Notes: a model not told the origin generated them from the letters alone. A stretch of 64,000 nucleotides of DNA from an uncultured Pseudomonadota bacterium (GCA_937907425.1 CALCIE010000052.1:1063-65062), one strand, 5' to 3'. Numbered from the stretch's first letter, positions 7,588-17,242 are shown. Translations and numbers: made by a program.

Positions 7588-10500
7588 ATGGCGCTGCAGG
7601 TCGGACCGAGCGGCGCCCGGCGCGCGCGAAGTTGCGCGCGCCGGGTGTGCACGGCGGCGTTGTGCGGACTGCTGTGCGCGGGCTTGCCTGTTCACGCGCA
7701 AGGCGAAGCGCCGCCAACGGCGGCGGAAGTCGACAAGCAGCCGAACTGGCTGGTGCAACAGATCCGGCGCTTCCGCAGTCATCCGCATCTGGATCGCGGT
7801 TACCGGTTGAAGCAGGCGGGCCGCCTCGAGGAAGCGCGCGCGGCCATGGCCAGGGCGCTGGAGATGGACCCGGGCAATGCACAGGCGCGCAGCGATTACG
7901 TCGCGCTGCTGGAGCGCCTGGGCGTGTACGAGGAAGTGCTGCTGCATTCCGAACCGCTGCTCAAGGACCCGGACCGGCGCGTGCACGCCCTGTTCGCGCA
8001 GGCGCGCGCCTACCATGCCCTGGGCCGGCTGGAAGACGCCAGCGCCGCCCTGAAACAGGTCGTGGGCACGAGCGACGTCGAGACGGCCAAGCGCCTGAAC
8101 GCGGCCGATGAGCTCGCCGATCTGCTGATTCGATGCGGCCGTTACGAGGAGGCGTTGCAGACCCTGGCCTTGCTGCCCGGCGGTTTCCGTGTCCATCTGC
8201 GGCGGGGGATCGCGAAGGAGGCGCTGGGACGCCATGACGAGGCGGAACAGGCGTTCCGCGCCGCGCTCGCCCAGGCGGGCGATTCGGGCGAACGCGTGCA
8301 GGCGCTGGAGTATCTCGGTCAGAACGCGATCAGACGCAAGGACTGGAGCGCGGCGCGAGCCCATTACGATGCCGCGCTCTCGCTCGATCCGGCCAACGTG
8401 AGGCTGATGCGCGCGCTGGTCCAGGCGGCGCATGGTGCGGGCCATACGCGGCAGGCGCTGCGCTGGGCCGGCGAGGTCGTTGCGCGTGAGCCGACATCCG
8501 CGGATCGCGAGGTGCTCGCCAATTTGCGCTATGCGACCAGGGATTACCCGGGCGCGGTGCGCGACTATCAGGCGTTGTTGAACGAGACTGCCGACCCCGC
8601 GCAGCGCGCAAGGTTGCTCGCCGCCATCGGCTACGCCTATTTCGACATGGGGCGCTACGCAGAGTCGGCCCGGGCTTTCGAAGAGGCCGTGCAGCTCGGC
8701 GACGAGCCGCGTTTGCGCGGGGCATTGCAAGCCGCCCGCGAGGCGGAGCGCGATCCGCTCTCCGAAATGGAGGTGCTGCAGGCAGCGTTGCGGCACAAGC
8801 CCACGGCGGAAGCGCATTTGCGGCTTGCCGCGCTTTACCTGGAACGCGGCGACGAGGACGCGGCCATTGCGCACCTGGAGCAGGCCGTGCGCTTCAGGCA
8901 GGCGCCGCGCGTGCGTGCGGCGGCCTATCGGCAACTGTGGCCGCTCTATTACGCCCGCGAGGATCTGGGCGAAGCGCGGCGGGCGCTCGAGCAGCTCACC
9001 GCGCTCGTTCCTCACGACGCCGAGACGTGGCGCGCGCTGGCGCACATCCATTTCGAGCGGCAGGATGTGGTCGCCGCGGCGGAGTGCCTGCGGCGCAGCA
9101 TCGAAGCGGCGCCGAGCGTCGAAGCCTACCGTTCCCTGGCTTACGCCCTGGCGACCCTCGGCGCATGGGAAGAGGCTGTGCGGGTGAACCGGGCATGGCT
9201 TGCCATGCCCGACCTGCCTGCCTCAGATCGTGCGGAGGCCTACGAACGGCTGGCGATCGCGCAGACGGAAGCCGGCGACCGGACGGGCCTGGTGCATACC
9301 CTCCAGGAAGCGATCGCCAACGGCATCGACAACCGTTTGATGCGCGAACGGCTGGGGCTCGCCCTGTTCGCGGAACGACGCTGGCGCGAGGCGCTGCCGC
9401 ATTTCCGTGCCCTGTATCAGCGCGAGCCGGACGCCATGGCCGCCCTCTACCTCTCGCGCTGCTACGCGGCGATGGGCAAAACAGGGCTGGCCGTGCATTT
9501 CGGCCGCCTGGCCCTGGGAGGCGCCGAGGATCTGCCCGAGGCCGAACGCAGGCAACTGCAGACCGAACTGGCCTATCTCTACGCGGACGAGTCGGAGTAC
9601 GCCGCAGCGGCGCGCATGTGGGCCGCGGTCATTGCGCGCGACGGCGATCCGCTGCACGTGCATCGTTACGCCGTCGCGCAGCACCGTGCGGGCAATGTGG
9701 AGGAGGCGCGCAAGGCCTGGCGTTCCATCGCCGACGGCGCGCTGCCCAGGGAGGAAGAGGTCGAACGGCTCAATCAGCTCGCCACATTCGCCGCAGCGGA
9801 AGGCGATCTGACCGAGGCGGTGAGGCTCTATGCGCAGGCCGACGCCCTGGCGCCCGGCGCGTACAACCAGTACCGCATGGGGCTCGCCTTGCAGGAGCTC
9901 GGACGCCGCGAAGAGGCGTTGCGCGCCTTCGAAACCGCGTATCGGCGCGAGCCCACGGCCGCCTATGCGCTCGCGCTCGGCTACGCCTACGTGAACGCCA
10001 AACGTTATGCCGAGGCGGCGCCGATCCTCGAGCGTGCGAGCGCCCTCGATCCCGACAACCTGAGGCTCTATCAGGACATCGCCTACGCCTATCTGCACAG
10101 TTTGCAGAACGACAAGGCGATCGCGTGGTTCAAGAAAGGCATCGATGCGCGGCTCAGGGCGCGCGAGGAGGCCGGCCAGGCTGCGAAGATGGATGCCGAC
10201 AGGCGTCCCGGCGCGCGCAGGGAAGACATGCACGGAGCCGGAACCGATACCTCCATCCGCCTCGCGGCACTGGACGACCAGGCCGTTTCGCCGAGGGAAA
10301 CCGATGCGGTGTCCGGCCATACGGCGTTGGCGCTTGCGACGCCGTCCGCGCGGTACGGGGCGCTCGTACAAAGCGCACCGGCAGCCGGTCTGCCGCAGCA
10401 CGCCGATCCCGAGCTGGAACGTATGCGCGACGAAGTGGCCCGGCTGGAGAAGAACTGGAACTTCACCTTCTATCAGGCCTACAGCCCGGGACACGAAGGC

Positions 10501-11172
10501 ACCGACCCGGGTGTGCCTTCGACCGGCGGTTCCGTCGTGCCTTCGCAGGGCGGCGTGGAGATTTCCTACCGCCCGCCGGTGGTGGGCTTCCGCGACGAGC
10601 GCATTTTCGACATCTACGGGCGCGTGCTGTGGTCCAACCGGCCGCGCTCGCTGGACATGGAAAGCGATTCGCTGCAAGGCGGCATCGGCCTGCGCTACAA
10701 GCCGTTCCGCGCACTGCAGCTCTACGTGAGCGGCGAGAAGCTGTTCCGGATCGGTGACAACGCCCAGAACGACTGGCTGTTCAGGCTGAGTTACGGCTGG
10801 ACCGACATCCACGACCGCAAGTTCGGGGGCGAGACGGACTGGAACTACAGCAGCCTCTATCTCGACGCGGGCATTTTCACCGACGAGGACCATACGCGCG
10901 CCTTCTACGGGGAGCTGCGCCAGGGCAGGACTTTCAAACTCGGCGAGCAATGGCTGCTCACGCCGCATCTGGTGGTGAACGGCCGCTACGAACATCCGAA
11001 TTTCTCGCCGGGCTCCTACTGGCAGGCGGGCGCGGGGCTGTCCTTGAAGTTTTTGTTCAATGCCACCCGCTACGCCTCCTACCGGTCCAATATCGAGCTG
11101 CTGCTGCACTACAAGGTCGGCATGGCGCATGTGGCGAGCGGCTGGCTGTTCACGGTGGTGGCGCGATTGTGA
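7588..11172 (+). CDS. nfrA: NfrA-like outer-membrane polysaccharide export protein (signal peptide, ~20 TPR-like repeats, C-terminal beta-barrel-like domain)
   Basis: Signal peptide ends AHA-QG. Long array of A/L/Y/R-rich 34-aa TPR-like repeats. A low-complexity linker spans about 10.14-10.44 kb. The C-terminal ~270 aa has an alternating aromatic/Gly pattern (FTFYQAYSPG..., GIGLRYKPF, LFRLSYGW, GLSLKFLF) like the NfrA C-terminal/PgaA porin domains. Confidence 0.7.
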   Translation: MALQVGPSGARRARSCARRVCTAALCGLLCAGLPVHAQGEAPPTAAEVDKQPNWLVQQIRRFRSHPHLDRGYRLKQAGRLEEARAAMARALEMDPGNAQARSDYVALLERLGVYEEVLLHSEPLLKDPDRRVHALFAQARAYHALGRLEDASAALKQVVGTSDVETAKRLNAADELADLLIRCGRYEEALQTLALLPGGFRVHLRRGIAKEALGRHDEAEQAFRAALAQAGDSGERVQALEYLGQNAIRRKDWSAARAHYDAALSLDPANVRLMRALVQAAHGAGHTRQALRWAGEVVAREPTSADREVLANLRYATRDYPGAVRDYQALLNETADPAQRARLLAAIGYAYFDMGRYAESARAFEEAVQLGDEPRLRGALQAAREAERDPLSEMEVLQAALRHKPTAEAHLRLAALYLERGDEDAAIAHLEQAVRFRQAPRVRAAAYRQLWPLYYAREDLGEARRALEQLTALVPHDAETWRALAHIHFERQDVVAAAECLRRSIEAAPSVEAYRSLAYALATLGAWEEAVRVNRAWLAMPDLPASDRAEAYERLAIAQTEAGDRTGLVHTLQEAIANGIDNRLMRERLGLALFAERRWREALPHFRALYQREPDAMAALYLSRCYAAMGKTGLAVHFGRLALGGAEDLPEAERRQLQTELAYLYADESEYAAAARMWAAVIARDGDPLHVHRYAVAQHRAGNVEEARKAWRSIADGALPREEEVERLNQLATFAAAEGDLTEAVRLYAQADALAPGAYNQYRMGLALQELGRREEALRAFETAYRREPTAAYALALGYAYVNAKRYAEAAPILERASALDPDNLRLYQDIAYAYLHSLQNDKAIAWFKKGIDARLRAREEAGQAAKMDADRRPGARREDMHGAGTDTSIRLAALDDQAVSPRETDAVSGHTALALATPSARYGALVQSAPAAGLPQHADPELERMRDEVARLEKNWNFTFYQAYSPGHEGTDPGVPSTGGSVVPSQGGVEISYRPPVVGFRDERIFDIYGRVLWSNRPRSLDMESDSLQGGIGLRYKPFRALQLYVSGEKLFRIGDNAQNDWLFRLSYGWTDIHDRKFGGETDWNYSSLYLDAGIFTDEDHTRAFYGELRQGRTFKLGEQWLLTPHLVVNGRYEHPNFSPGSYWQAGAGLSLKFLFNATRYASYRSNIELLLHYKVGMAHVASGWLFTVVARL

Positions 11173-11182
11173 AGGAGGGCGG

Positions 11183-12235
11183 ATGAAAAGGCGGTGGCTG
11201 TGCGGCGTTGCCTTGGGGCTGGCACTGGTGACGGCGGTGGTCTGGGCATTCCCGCGCGGGCAGGCGGACGGCGCCGCGCCCCTGCGGCTTTCGGGGACGT
11301 ACCTGCAACTGACCGCCGGCCATCTGGAATGGCGTGAGGAGGACTGGGAAGAACTGTTCGCCTATTTCCGCGAGCTGGGGCTTTCGGAGCTCATCGTGCA
11401 ATGGTCGGCCTACGAGGACAGCCGCTTCTATCCCGACGCCATGGCGCCCGGCACGAAGCCTTCGCCGATCGAGAGCGTCCTGAGGCTGGCCGACCGGACC
11501 GGCATGCGGGTAAGGCTTGGCCTCGCCTTCGAGGAGCGATACTGGACCGAGCTCGCCAAAAAGCCTGAGGAGCTTGCGCCGTATCTGGAAACGCTTGCGC
11601 AGCGTTCGGTGGCGATCGCGCAGGCCTTGTGGCCCCTGGCCCGCGAACACGTGTCCTTCACCGGCTGGTATATCCCGCAGGAAATCGACGACGAGAGCTG
11701 GCGCGAGCCCGAATACCGTCAATTGCTCCACGACTTCCTCGCGCGGCTCGGCCGGGCGTTGCACGAGATCGCTCCCGATACGCCCGTCGCCGTTTCCGGT
11801 TTCTCCAACGGCATGACAGACCCCGTCGCCTTCGAGGCATTCTGGAAGAACCTGCTCATGCAGGCGCCGCAGATCGATACCGTGCTGTTCCAGGACGGCG
11901 TCGGGGCGCACAAACTCGATCTGTTCGAACTGCCGCTCTATGCGGCGGCCATCCGCAACGCGGCGGTCGAGACCTCGCGGGAGGTCGTGTTCATCGTGGA
12001 GCTCTTCGACCAGGTCGCCGGGCCTCCCATCGACGAGAACCCCTTCCAGGCCGTGCCGGCGGCGCTGCCGCGCATTTTGCAGCAGCTCGAAGTCGCGCAA
12101 CGCTACGCTTCCATGGCGGTGGCGTTCAGCGTGCCCGAATATCTTTCGCCCAAGGGCGGGCAGGCGGCGGGGCTGCTTTACGACGAATACCGGGTCGCTT
12201 GCGTGACGAAGGCCTGCAGGGCGGCCGGGCAATGA
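11183..12235 (+). CDS. Exported DUF4434/YbcH-like TIM-barrel (glycosidase-like) protein
   Basis: GAAGGAGGG RBS. Signal/anchor MKRRWLCGVALGLALVTAVVWA. 'GTYLQL...WREEDWEELFAYFRELGLSELIVQWS' and 'FTGWYIPQEID' resemble DUF4434-type proteins such as E. coli YbcH. The position after nfrA matches the E. coli nfr operon. Confidence 0.6.
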   Translation: MKRRWLCGVALGLALVTAVVWAFPRGQADGAAPLRLSGTYLQLTAGHLEWREEDWEELFAYFRELGLSELIVQWSAYEDSRFYPDAMAPGTKPSPIESVLRLADRTGMRVRLGLAFEERYWTELAKKPEELAPYLETLAQRSVAIAQALWPLAREHVSFTGWYIPQEIDDESWREPEYRQLLHDFLARLGRALHEIAPDTPVAVSGFSNGMTDPVAFEAFWKNLLMQAPQIDTVLFQDGVGAHKLDLFELPLYAAAIRNAAVETSREVVFIVELFDQVAGPPIDENPFQAVPAALPRILQQLEVAQRYASMAVAFSVPEYLSPKGGQAAGLLYDEYRVACVTKACRAAGQ

Positions 12236-12253
12236 GCGCCGCCCCGGCGGGGC

Positions 12254-13006
12254 CTACCGTCCGCCCGCCACATCGATGAAACCGCCGGTGGTGTAGGCGG
12301 CTTCGTCCGACAACAGCCACAGGATCGCGTAGGCCACTTCCTCCGCATGACCGCCGCGCCGCAGCGGCACGTTGGCTTTCACGCGCTCGACGCGGTCCGG
12401 TTCGCCGCCGCTTGCATGCATTTCGGTGTAAATGAATCCGGGCCGTACGGCGTTGACGCGAATGCCTTCCTGTGCGACCTCGTGCGCGAGACCGATGGTG
12501 AAGGTGTCGACCGCGCCCTTGGAGGCGGCGTAGTCCACATACTCGAAAGGCGAGCCGGTCTTGGCCGCAATGGAAGATACGTTGACGATGGCGCCGCCCG
12601 CACCGCCATGCCGCGTGGACATGCGCCGCACGGCTTCGCGCGCGCACAGCATGGTGCCGATGACATTGGTCGCGAAGATGCGTTGCATGCGTCCGGCGTC
12701 CATCGTCTCGACCCGCATCTGCCGTTCCAGGATACCGGCGTTGTTGACGAGCGCGTCCAGACGGCCGAACTCGCGGTCCACGGTTTCGAACAGGTCCACG
12801 ACTTGCGCTTCGACAGAGACGTCTGCCGGAACGGCGATCGCGTGACCCCCTTCGCTTCGGATTTTCTCGACCACCTGCTGCGCGGCCTCGGCATCGCGCC
12901 TGTAGTTCACGCATACCGCGTAGCCGCGTTTGGCGGCGAGCAGGGCAGTTGCGGCACCGATCCCGCGGCCGCCGCCCGTAACGAGCAGAACCTTGCGCTG
13001 CTGCAT
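12254..13006 (-). CDS. Short-chain dehydrogenase/reductase (SDR) family oxidoreductase
   Basis: TGGGRGIG cofactor motif, NNAG, and the S...YxxxK triad (YAASK). ATG at 13006. The 269-aa N-terminal extension in the ORF track is antisense to the AKR gene. Confidence 0.85.
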   Translation of the reverse strand: MQQRKVLLVTGGGRGIGAATALLAAKRGYAVCVNYRRDAEAAQQVVEKIRSEGGHAIAVPADVSVEAQVVDLFETVDREFGRLDALVNNAGILERQMRVETMDAGRMQRIFATNVIGTMLCAREAVRRMSTRHGGAGGAIVNVSSIAAKTGSPFEYVDYAASKGAVDTFTIGLAHEVAQEGIRVNAVRPGFIYTEMHASGGEPDRVERVKANVPLRRGGHAEEVAYAILWLLSDEAAYTTGGFIDVAGGR

Positions 13007-13050
13007 GCTGATCTTCCCCGGGTAACGACGGACGCAACTATAAGCGATTC

Positions 13051-13989
13051 TCAGCCGCCGACGGCCTGGACGATGGCCTCGCGCTGTTTGGCGTCCGGCA
13101 GGCGCCCGCGGCCGGCGCTCATGTTGTCGCGTACGTGTTCCACCTTCGACGTGGCGGGAATGGCGCAGGTCACCGCGGGATGCGAGATGACGAATTTGAG
13201 CATCAGTTGCGCCCAGCTTTCGCAATCGAGGTCCACGGCCCATTTCGGAACGGGCTTGCCGCGCAGGCGCGAGAACAGCCCCCCGCCGCCGAATGGACGG
13301 TTGACGATCACGGCGACGCCGCGTTCCCGGGCCAGCGGCAGCAGCCTGCGTTCGGCCTCGCGCTCGGCCACGGAGTAGTTGATCTGGATGAAGTCGAGCG
13401 GATGTTTCTCGACGAGCCGTGTCATCTCGTCGTGTGCGCCGGCCGTGTAGTGGGTAATGCCGACGTAGCGCACCTTCCCGGCCGCCTTCCATTCGCGCAG
13501 CGTGGCCAGATGCGTCTCCACGTCCAGGAGGTTGTGCACCTGCATGAGGTCGATGCGTTCGGTGCGCAGCTTGCGCATCGACGCCTCCATCTGCTCGACG
13601 CCGGCCTGCCGCCCCGAGGTCCAGACCTTGGTCGCGAGGAAGAGCTTGTCCGCAAGGCCGAGCTCGTGCGCGAGATCGCCCACCACTTCTTCGGCAGCGC
13701 CGTACATGGGCGAGGAATCGATCACGCGCCCGCCCATGCCCGCGAAGGTCTGCAATACCTCCTTGAGCGGGGCGCGTGAAGCGGGCGAGGCGTCCACGTC
13801 GAAGGTCTGCCATGTTCCCAGGCCGATCACCGGCAGCGGCTCGCCGCTCGAGGGAATCCTGCGCGTCCGCATCGCCTCCACGATGAGCGTGCCGCGTCGG
13901 AGATCGCCCTCGGCGGCGTGCGCGGCGAAGGGCATCACGGATGCGCCGGCCAGTAGGCGCAGTGCTTCACGTCGGTTCATTGCGGTCAT
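13051..13989 (-). CDS. Aldo/keto reductase with twin-arginine (Tat) signal peptide
   Basis: MTAMNRREALRLLAGASVMPFAAHA-AE is a Tat-like signal. The AKR tetrad context is intact (IDSSPMYG, LATKVW, LMQVHN). An alternative start is at 13980. Confidence 0.8.
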   Translation of the reverse strand: MTAMNRREALRLLAGASVMPFAAHAAEGDLRRGTLIVEAMRTRRIPSSGEPLPVIGLGTWQTFDVDASPASRAPLKEVLQTFAGMGGRVIDSSPMYGAAEEVVGDLAHELGLADKLFLATKVWTSGRQAGVEQMEASMRKLRTERIDLMQVHNLLDVETHLATLREWKAAGKVRYVGITHYTAGAHDEMTRLVEKHPLDFIQINYSVAEREAERRLLPLARERGVAVIVNRPFGGGGLFSRLRGKPVPKWAVDLDCESWAQLMLKFVISHPAVTCAIPATSKVEHVRDNMSAGRGRLPDAKQREAIVQAVGG

Positions 13990-15208
13990 GTCGTCGTCCT
14001 GTGCGCAGGCCCGTGGCGAGCCAGAGCAGGGCCACGGGCAGGCCCATCCACAGTATGGCATCCAGGCCTGCGCCCCGGATGCCGGCGACCGCCCAGGCGG
14101 AGAGCGCATCGTTCGCCCGGTACACGGCCGTGTCGATGAAGTTCTTCGCCTTGTAGCGGCTCTCGGGTTCGACGGTGGTGTAGATCATCTCGCGCCCCGG
14201 ACGCATCAGCGCATAGTCGCCGGCGCGGTGAATCCATTGCACCGCCGCCACGGCGATCGCCGAACGCCACGCGAGCAGCATGCCCAGTCCGCCCAGCACC
14301 AGCGCCGGTACCACCGACAGCGCGGTCCGCAGCCCGCCGCGGACGACCACGCGCCGTGTCACAAAGAGTTGCACCGTGATCGCGAGCGTGTTCACCGCCA
14401 GATCGATGGCGGCGAAAAAGGACGTGCGTTCGCCCGAATCCGGGAAACGCTCGCGGGCGAGGTCCAGCTGTTCGACGTAGAGAACAGTCGAAACGGCGCT
14501 GTAGCAGATCACCAGCAGGGCGATGCCGCGCAGGCCCGGACGCCGCAGGGTCAGCGTGATGCCGGCGAGGATCGAGCCGCCTATGGGCCGCACGGCCGAG
14601 GGACCATGCACCGCCGCATGGCGGCCCAGCGCGACCATGCAGAGCGTCGCCGCTGCGAGCAGGGTTGCGGACAGCGCGAGCAGTCCGTCGACCGTCAGGT
14701 ATCGCGCCAGGACGGTAGTGAGCGCCGGACCGAGCAGTGCGCCCGTGGTGCCTCCGGCAGCGATGTGGCCGTACAGCCGGTGCGACTGCTCCTTGCCGAA
14801 CACGTCGCTCACCCGGCTCCAGAACAGCGAGACCACGAGCAGATTGAAGACGCTCAGCCAGATGAAGAACGCGGCGGCTTTTGTTGTGGTGACGCCGGCG
14901 GAGAAGGCGAGCTGAAAGCCCAGCAGGGTGGCGATCACGGCTGCGTAGACCACGGGCAGCACTTTCGAGCGCTGCAGATGCCTCACCACGGCGCCGAACA
15001 CAGGAACCACGAGCAGCGTGGCGACGAAGGTGCCCGTGAACAGCCACTGCAGATGCTGGACGCCGGTCTGTACGCCCATTTCGTCGCGTACCGGGCGCAG
15101 GATGTAGTAGCTGCACAGGAGCAGGAGAAAAGCGGAGAACGCGAGCGAGACGCGCGGCCATTCGCCGGCAGGCCAGCTTCGTCGATCAGACGTCGTATCC
15201 GTGCTCAT
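13967..15208 (-). CDS. MFS-type transporter, ATP/ADP-translocase-like (Npt1/TLC-related) family
   Basis: About 12 predicted TM helices. The N-terminal 'YYILRPVRDEMGV' and C-terminal 'YKAKNFIDT' motifs are typical of Npt/TLC-like MFS proteins. It overlaps the AKR start by 23 nt, so they are probably one operon. Confidence 0.65.
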   Translation of the reverse strand: MSTDTTSDRRSWPAGEWPRVSLAFSAFLLLLCSYYILRPVRDEMGVQTGVQHLQWLFTGTFVATLLVVPVFGAVVRHLQRSKVLPVVYAAVIATLLGFQLAFSAGVTTTKAAAFFIWLSVFNLLVVSLFWSRVSDVFGKEQSHRLYGHIAAGGTTGALLGPALTTVLARYLTVDGLLALSATLLAAATLCMVALGRHAAVHGPSAVRPIGGSILAGITLTLRRPGLRGIALLVICYSAVSTVLYVEQLDLARERFPDSGERTSFFAAIDLAVNTLAITVQLFVTRRVVVRGGLRTALSVVPALVLGGLGMLLAWRSAIAVAAVQWIHRAGDYALMRPGREMIYTTVEPESRYKAKNFIDTAVYRANDALSAWAVAGIRGAGLDAILWMGLPVALLWLATGLRTGRRHDRNEPT

Positions 15209-15328
15209 CCCCGCATGCTAGCGCACATGCGCGCTGCGTCTTGGTGACGATTTGAACGTACAGCCGCTCGTCTGCCCAGGGAACGGCGTTTGCTGCAGGG
15301 CCTCGATCCCAGCCAAACGGAATGAGGT

Positions 15329-15871
15329 ATGCGGAAGGGCGGAGCGCAATGCGTCGCGGCGCTGTTGTTGAGCATCTTGCCCGCCGCGCAGTCTGCGGCG
15401 GTGGATGCGGGTATCGAATTCGGCCGAGGGAAATCCAAGGATGCCTCTGAATCGGATCTCCTCAGGCTGGTCGCCCGCGGTCTCGTGCTCGGCGACGGGG
15501 AAGGGAAAGCGGCCTCCTGGTCGCTGTGGTGGGAGGCGTCGGTCGGCACCTGGCGCTACGATACGGAGAGCGGACGCAAACAGCTTCTCGATATCGGCAC
15601 GGCGCCGTCGCTGAGGTACATGAGCCGGGGCACCGCGGGCTTTTTCGGCGAGCTGAGCGTCGGCGTGCACTACCTGAGCCGGCGTTACGTGCGCGGCGAG
15701 AACGAGTTTTCCACCCGGGTACAGTTTTCGCCCACTCTGGGCGTGGGTTATCGCTTCGAGAGCGGCGCGGGCGAGATCGCGTTGCGCTACCAGCACCTGT
15801 CCAATGCGGACATCAAGCGGCCGAATCCCGGTGTGGAGTTTCTGTTGCTGAGCGTCAGTCGGAAGTTCTGA
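15329..15871 (+). CDS. Acyloxyacyl hydrolase / lipid A 3-O-deacylase (PagL) family outer-membrane protein
   Basis: Signal peptide ending AQS-AA. Small beta-barrel-like alternating pattern. 'YQHLSNA' (His-x-Ser-Asn catalytic motif of PagL). C-terminal ...LLSVSRKF. Confidence 0.65.
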   Translation: MRKGGAQCVAALLLSILPAAQSAAVDAGIEFGRGKSKDASESDLLRLVARGLVLGDGEGKAASWSLWWEASVGTWRYDTESGRKQLLDIGTAPSLRYMSRGTAGFFGELSVGVHYLSRRYVRGENEFSTRVQFSPTLGVGYRFESGAGEIALRYQHLSNADIKRPNPGVEFLLLSVSRKF

Positions 15872-15993
15872 CGGAAACGCCGGCTGGCAGAGCGGACCGC
15901 CGAAATGAAACGAGGCGCCTCTAGTGTTGCCGGCTATCGGGTGAACAGCCGTCGGAAGCGGGGTTGCCGCCGCTTGCCGGCGCTCGAACAGCC

Positions 15994-17043
15994 TCAGTTG
16001 CCGGCCTTGTAGGGCGTATTCACCGCAAAGTGTCCCACGGGCTTCCAAGGCATTTTTGCGAGCCCGAATCTGCGCAATTGCTGCAATACCCGGATGCTGA
16101 CACAAGCGGTGCGGTTTCTGAACATCGGCAGGGACAGGGGATCGAGCCCCAGCCACGGCAGATAGGGATTGCGGCGAAGCGATGCGTAGAGCTCGACGCG
16201 CACGGTCGGGCGGGTCGACAGTGTGCGTGCGTGGAAGCCCATCGTATCGGCCACAACCAGCGTATTGCCCCGGACCACCATCTTCTTCGGCTCGGGCAGG
16301 TTCATGCGGCGCAGATCTTCGAGTGTCGCACGGAACGAGCCCCGGGCATGGTAGGGAATGGGATGGTGGCGGGCGGTAATGCTCTGCTCGCGTTCCCAGG
16401 CCAGCCGTTCCGGCGTCATGCGGTGAGAGCCGGGTACGTAGGCGAAAGGCCCGTCGTCCGGGCCGACATCGTGCAGGAACAGCCAGGCCTTGGCGGTGGA
16501 GTGGAAGGTGTCCGCATGCAGAACGGATTGCGGGTCGGGCTTGCCGTCCGGCAGACCGGCCAGCACGGCCTGAATCCAATAGGTCGGTTCGCCTTTGGTC
16601 GAGGCGATGTACCGAAGCGCGTCCTTCAACGTCCGGTCGGCGCCCACCCGTGCAAGTCCGGGGCAGCGCGAGGCGAGGGCGTCGAAGTCCAGCGGAACGC
16701 GCCGGGTGATGCAGTTGCCCTGGCGCATCTCGCGCACGTCCCATGTCGCGTCGAGAACTTCGGCGCGGATTTGCTCGAAGAACTCCTGCGGCAGGAAATT
16801 CTCTTTGACGATGTAGCCGTCGCGTTCGAACGCCCGGCGATCCTCCTCCGTCAGGCTCAGAATGCGTGCCAACCGCCGTCGCCGGTATGCCGCCATCGCG
16901 GCCGCGAGCCGTACCCGATACTCGTGAAGTCCCCATTCGTTCAGCCGTCGGCTGCCGATGACGGGATTGTCGACAAAGGACTTGGCGCCGGAGGCGAGCG
17001 CGGCAACCCAGAGGGGGGCTTTGAGTATTGCGGTGGCTCTCAA
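15994..17043 (-). CDS. Phytanoyl-CoA dioxygenase (PhyH)-like Fe(II)/2-oxoglutarate dioxygenase
   Basis: 'LHADTF' (HxD), 'WLFLHDVGPDDGPFAYVPGSHR', and distal 'MGFHARTLSTR' (His/Arg) match the PhyH-family facial triad and 2OG-binding layout. Confidence 0.6.
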   Translation of the reverse strand: MRATAILKAPLWVAALASGAKSFVDNPVIGSRRLNEWGLHEYRVRLAAAMAAYRRRRLARILSLTEEDRRAFERDGYIVKENFLPQEFFEQIRAEVLDATWDVREMRQGNCITRRVPLDFDALASRCPGLARVGADRTLKDALRYIASTKGEPTYWIQAVLAGLPDGKPDPQSVLHADTFHSTAKAWLFLHDVGPDDGPFAYVPGSHRMTPERLAWEREQSITARHHPIPYHARGSFRATLEDLRRMNLPEPKKMVVRGNTLVVADTMGFHARTLSTRPTVRVELYASLRRNPYLPWLGLDPLSLPMFRNRTACVSIRVLQQLRRFGLAKMPWKPVGHFAVNTPYKAGN

Positions 17044-17242
17044 GTTCGATGCCTCGAATCTTATGGTTGTGGCGCGTCTGCCGTTTGAGGGCGCCCCTCT
17101 TTAACGGGGATCAAAGCGGCGCGCTCCCCGAGACGCGCAACCGCCTCTTTTCAGCGCGGCACATTATAAGCACCCGCTATAGTCGCACGGCGCTGTTTGC
17201 ATCGGGTTCGCCAGATGTGTCACGCTTGGCGCTTGCCGCGGG

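Noticed and set aside
5512-9051. 1179-aa minus-strand ORF (plus 9223..11130, 8937..10757 and others) covering the deacetylase and nfrA genes
   Set aside because: It lies antisense or off-frame to genes with recognisable domains. The translation is Arg/Ala/Gly/Pro-rich with no motifs, and the GC3 periodicity favours the plus-strand genes. This is the typical long spurious ORF of high-GC DNA.
12254-13813. 519-aa fused ORF (SDR with a 269-aa N-terminal extension)
   Set aside because: The extension is antisense to the aldo/keto reductase and is Arg/Gly-rich. The SDR begins at ATG 13006 with the TGGGRGIG motif 9 residues in.
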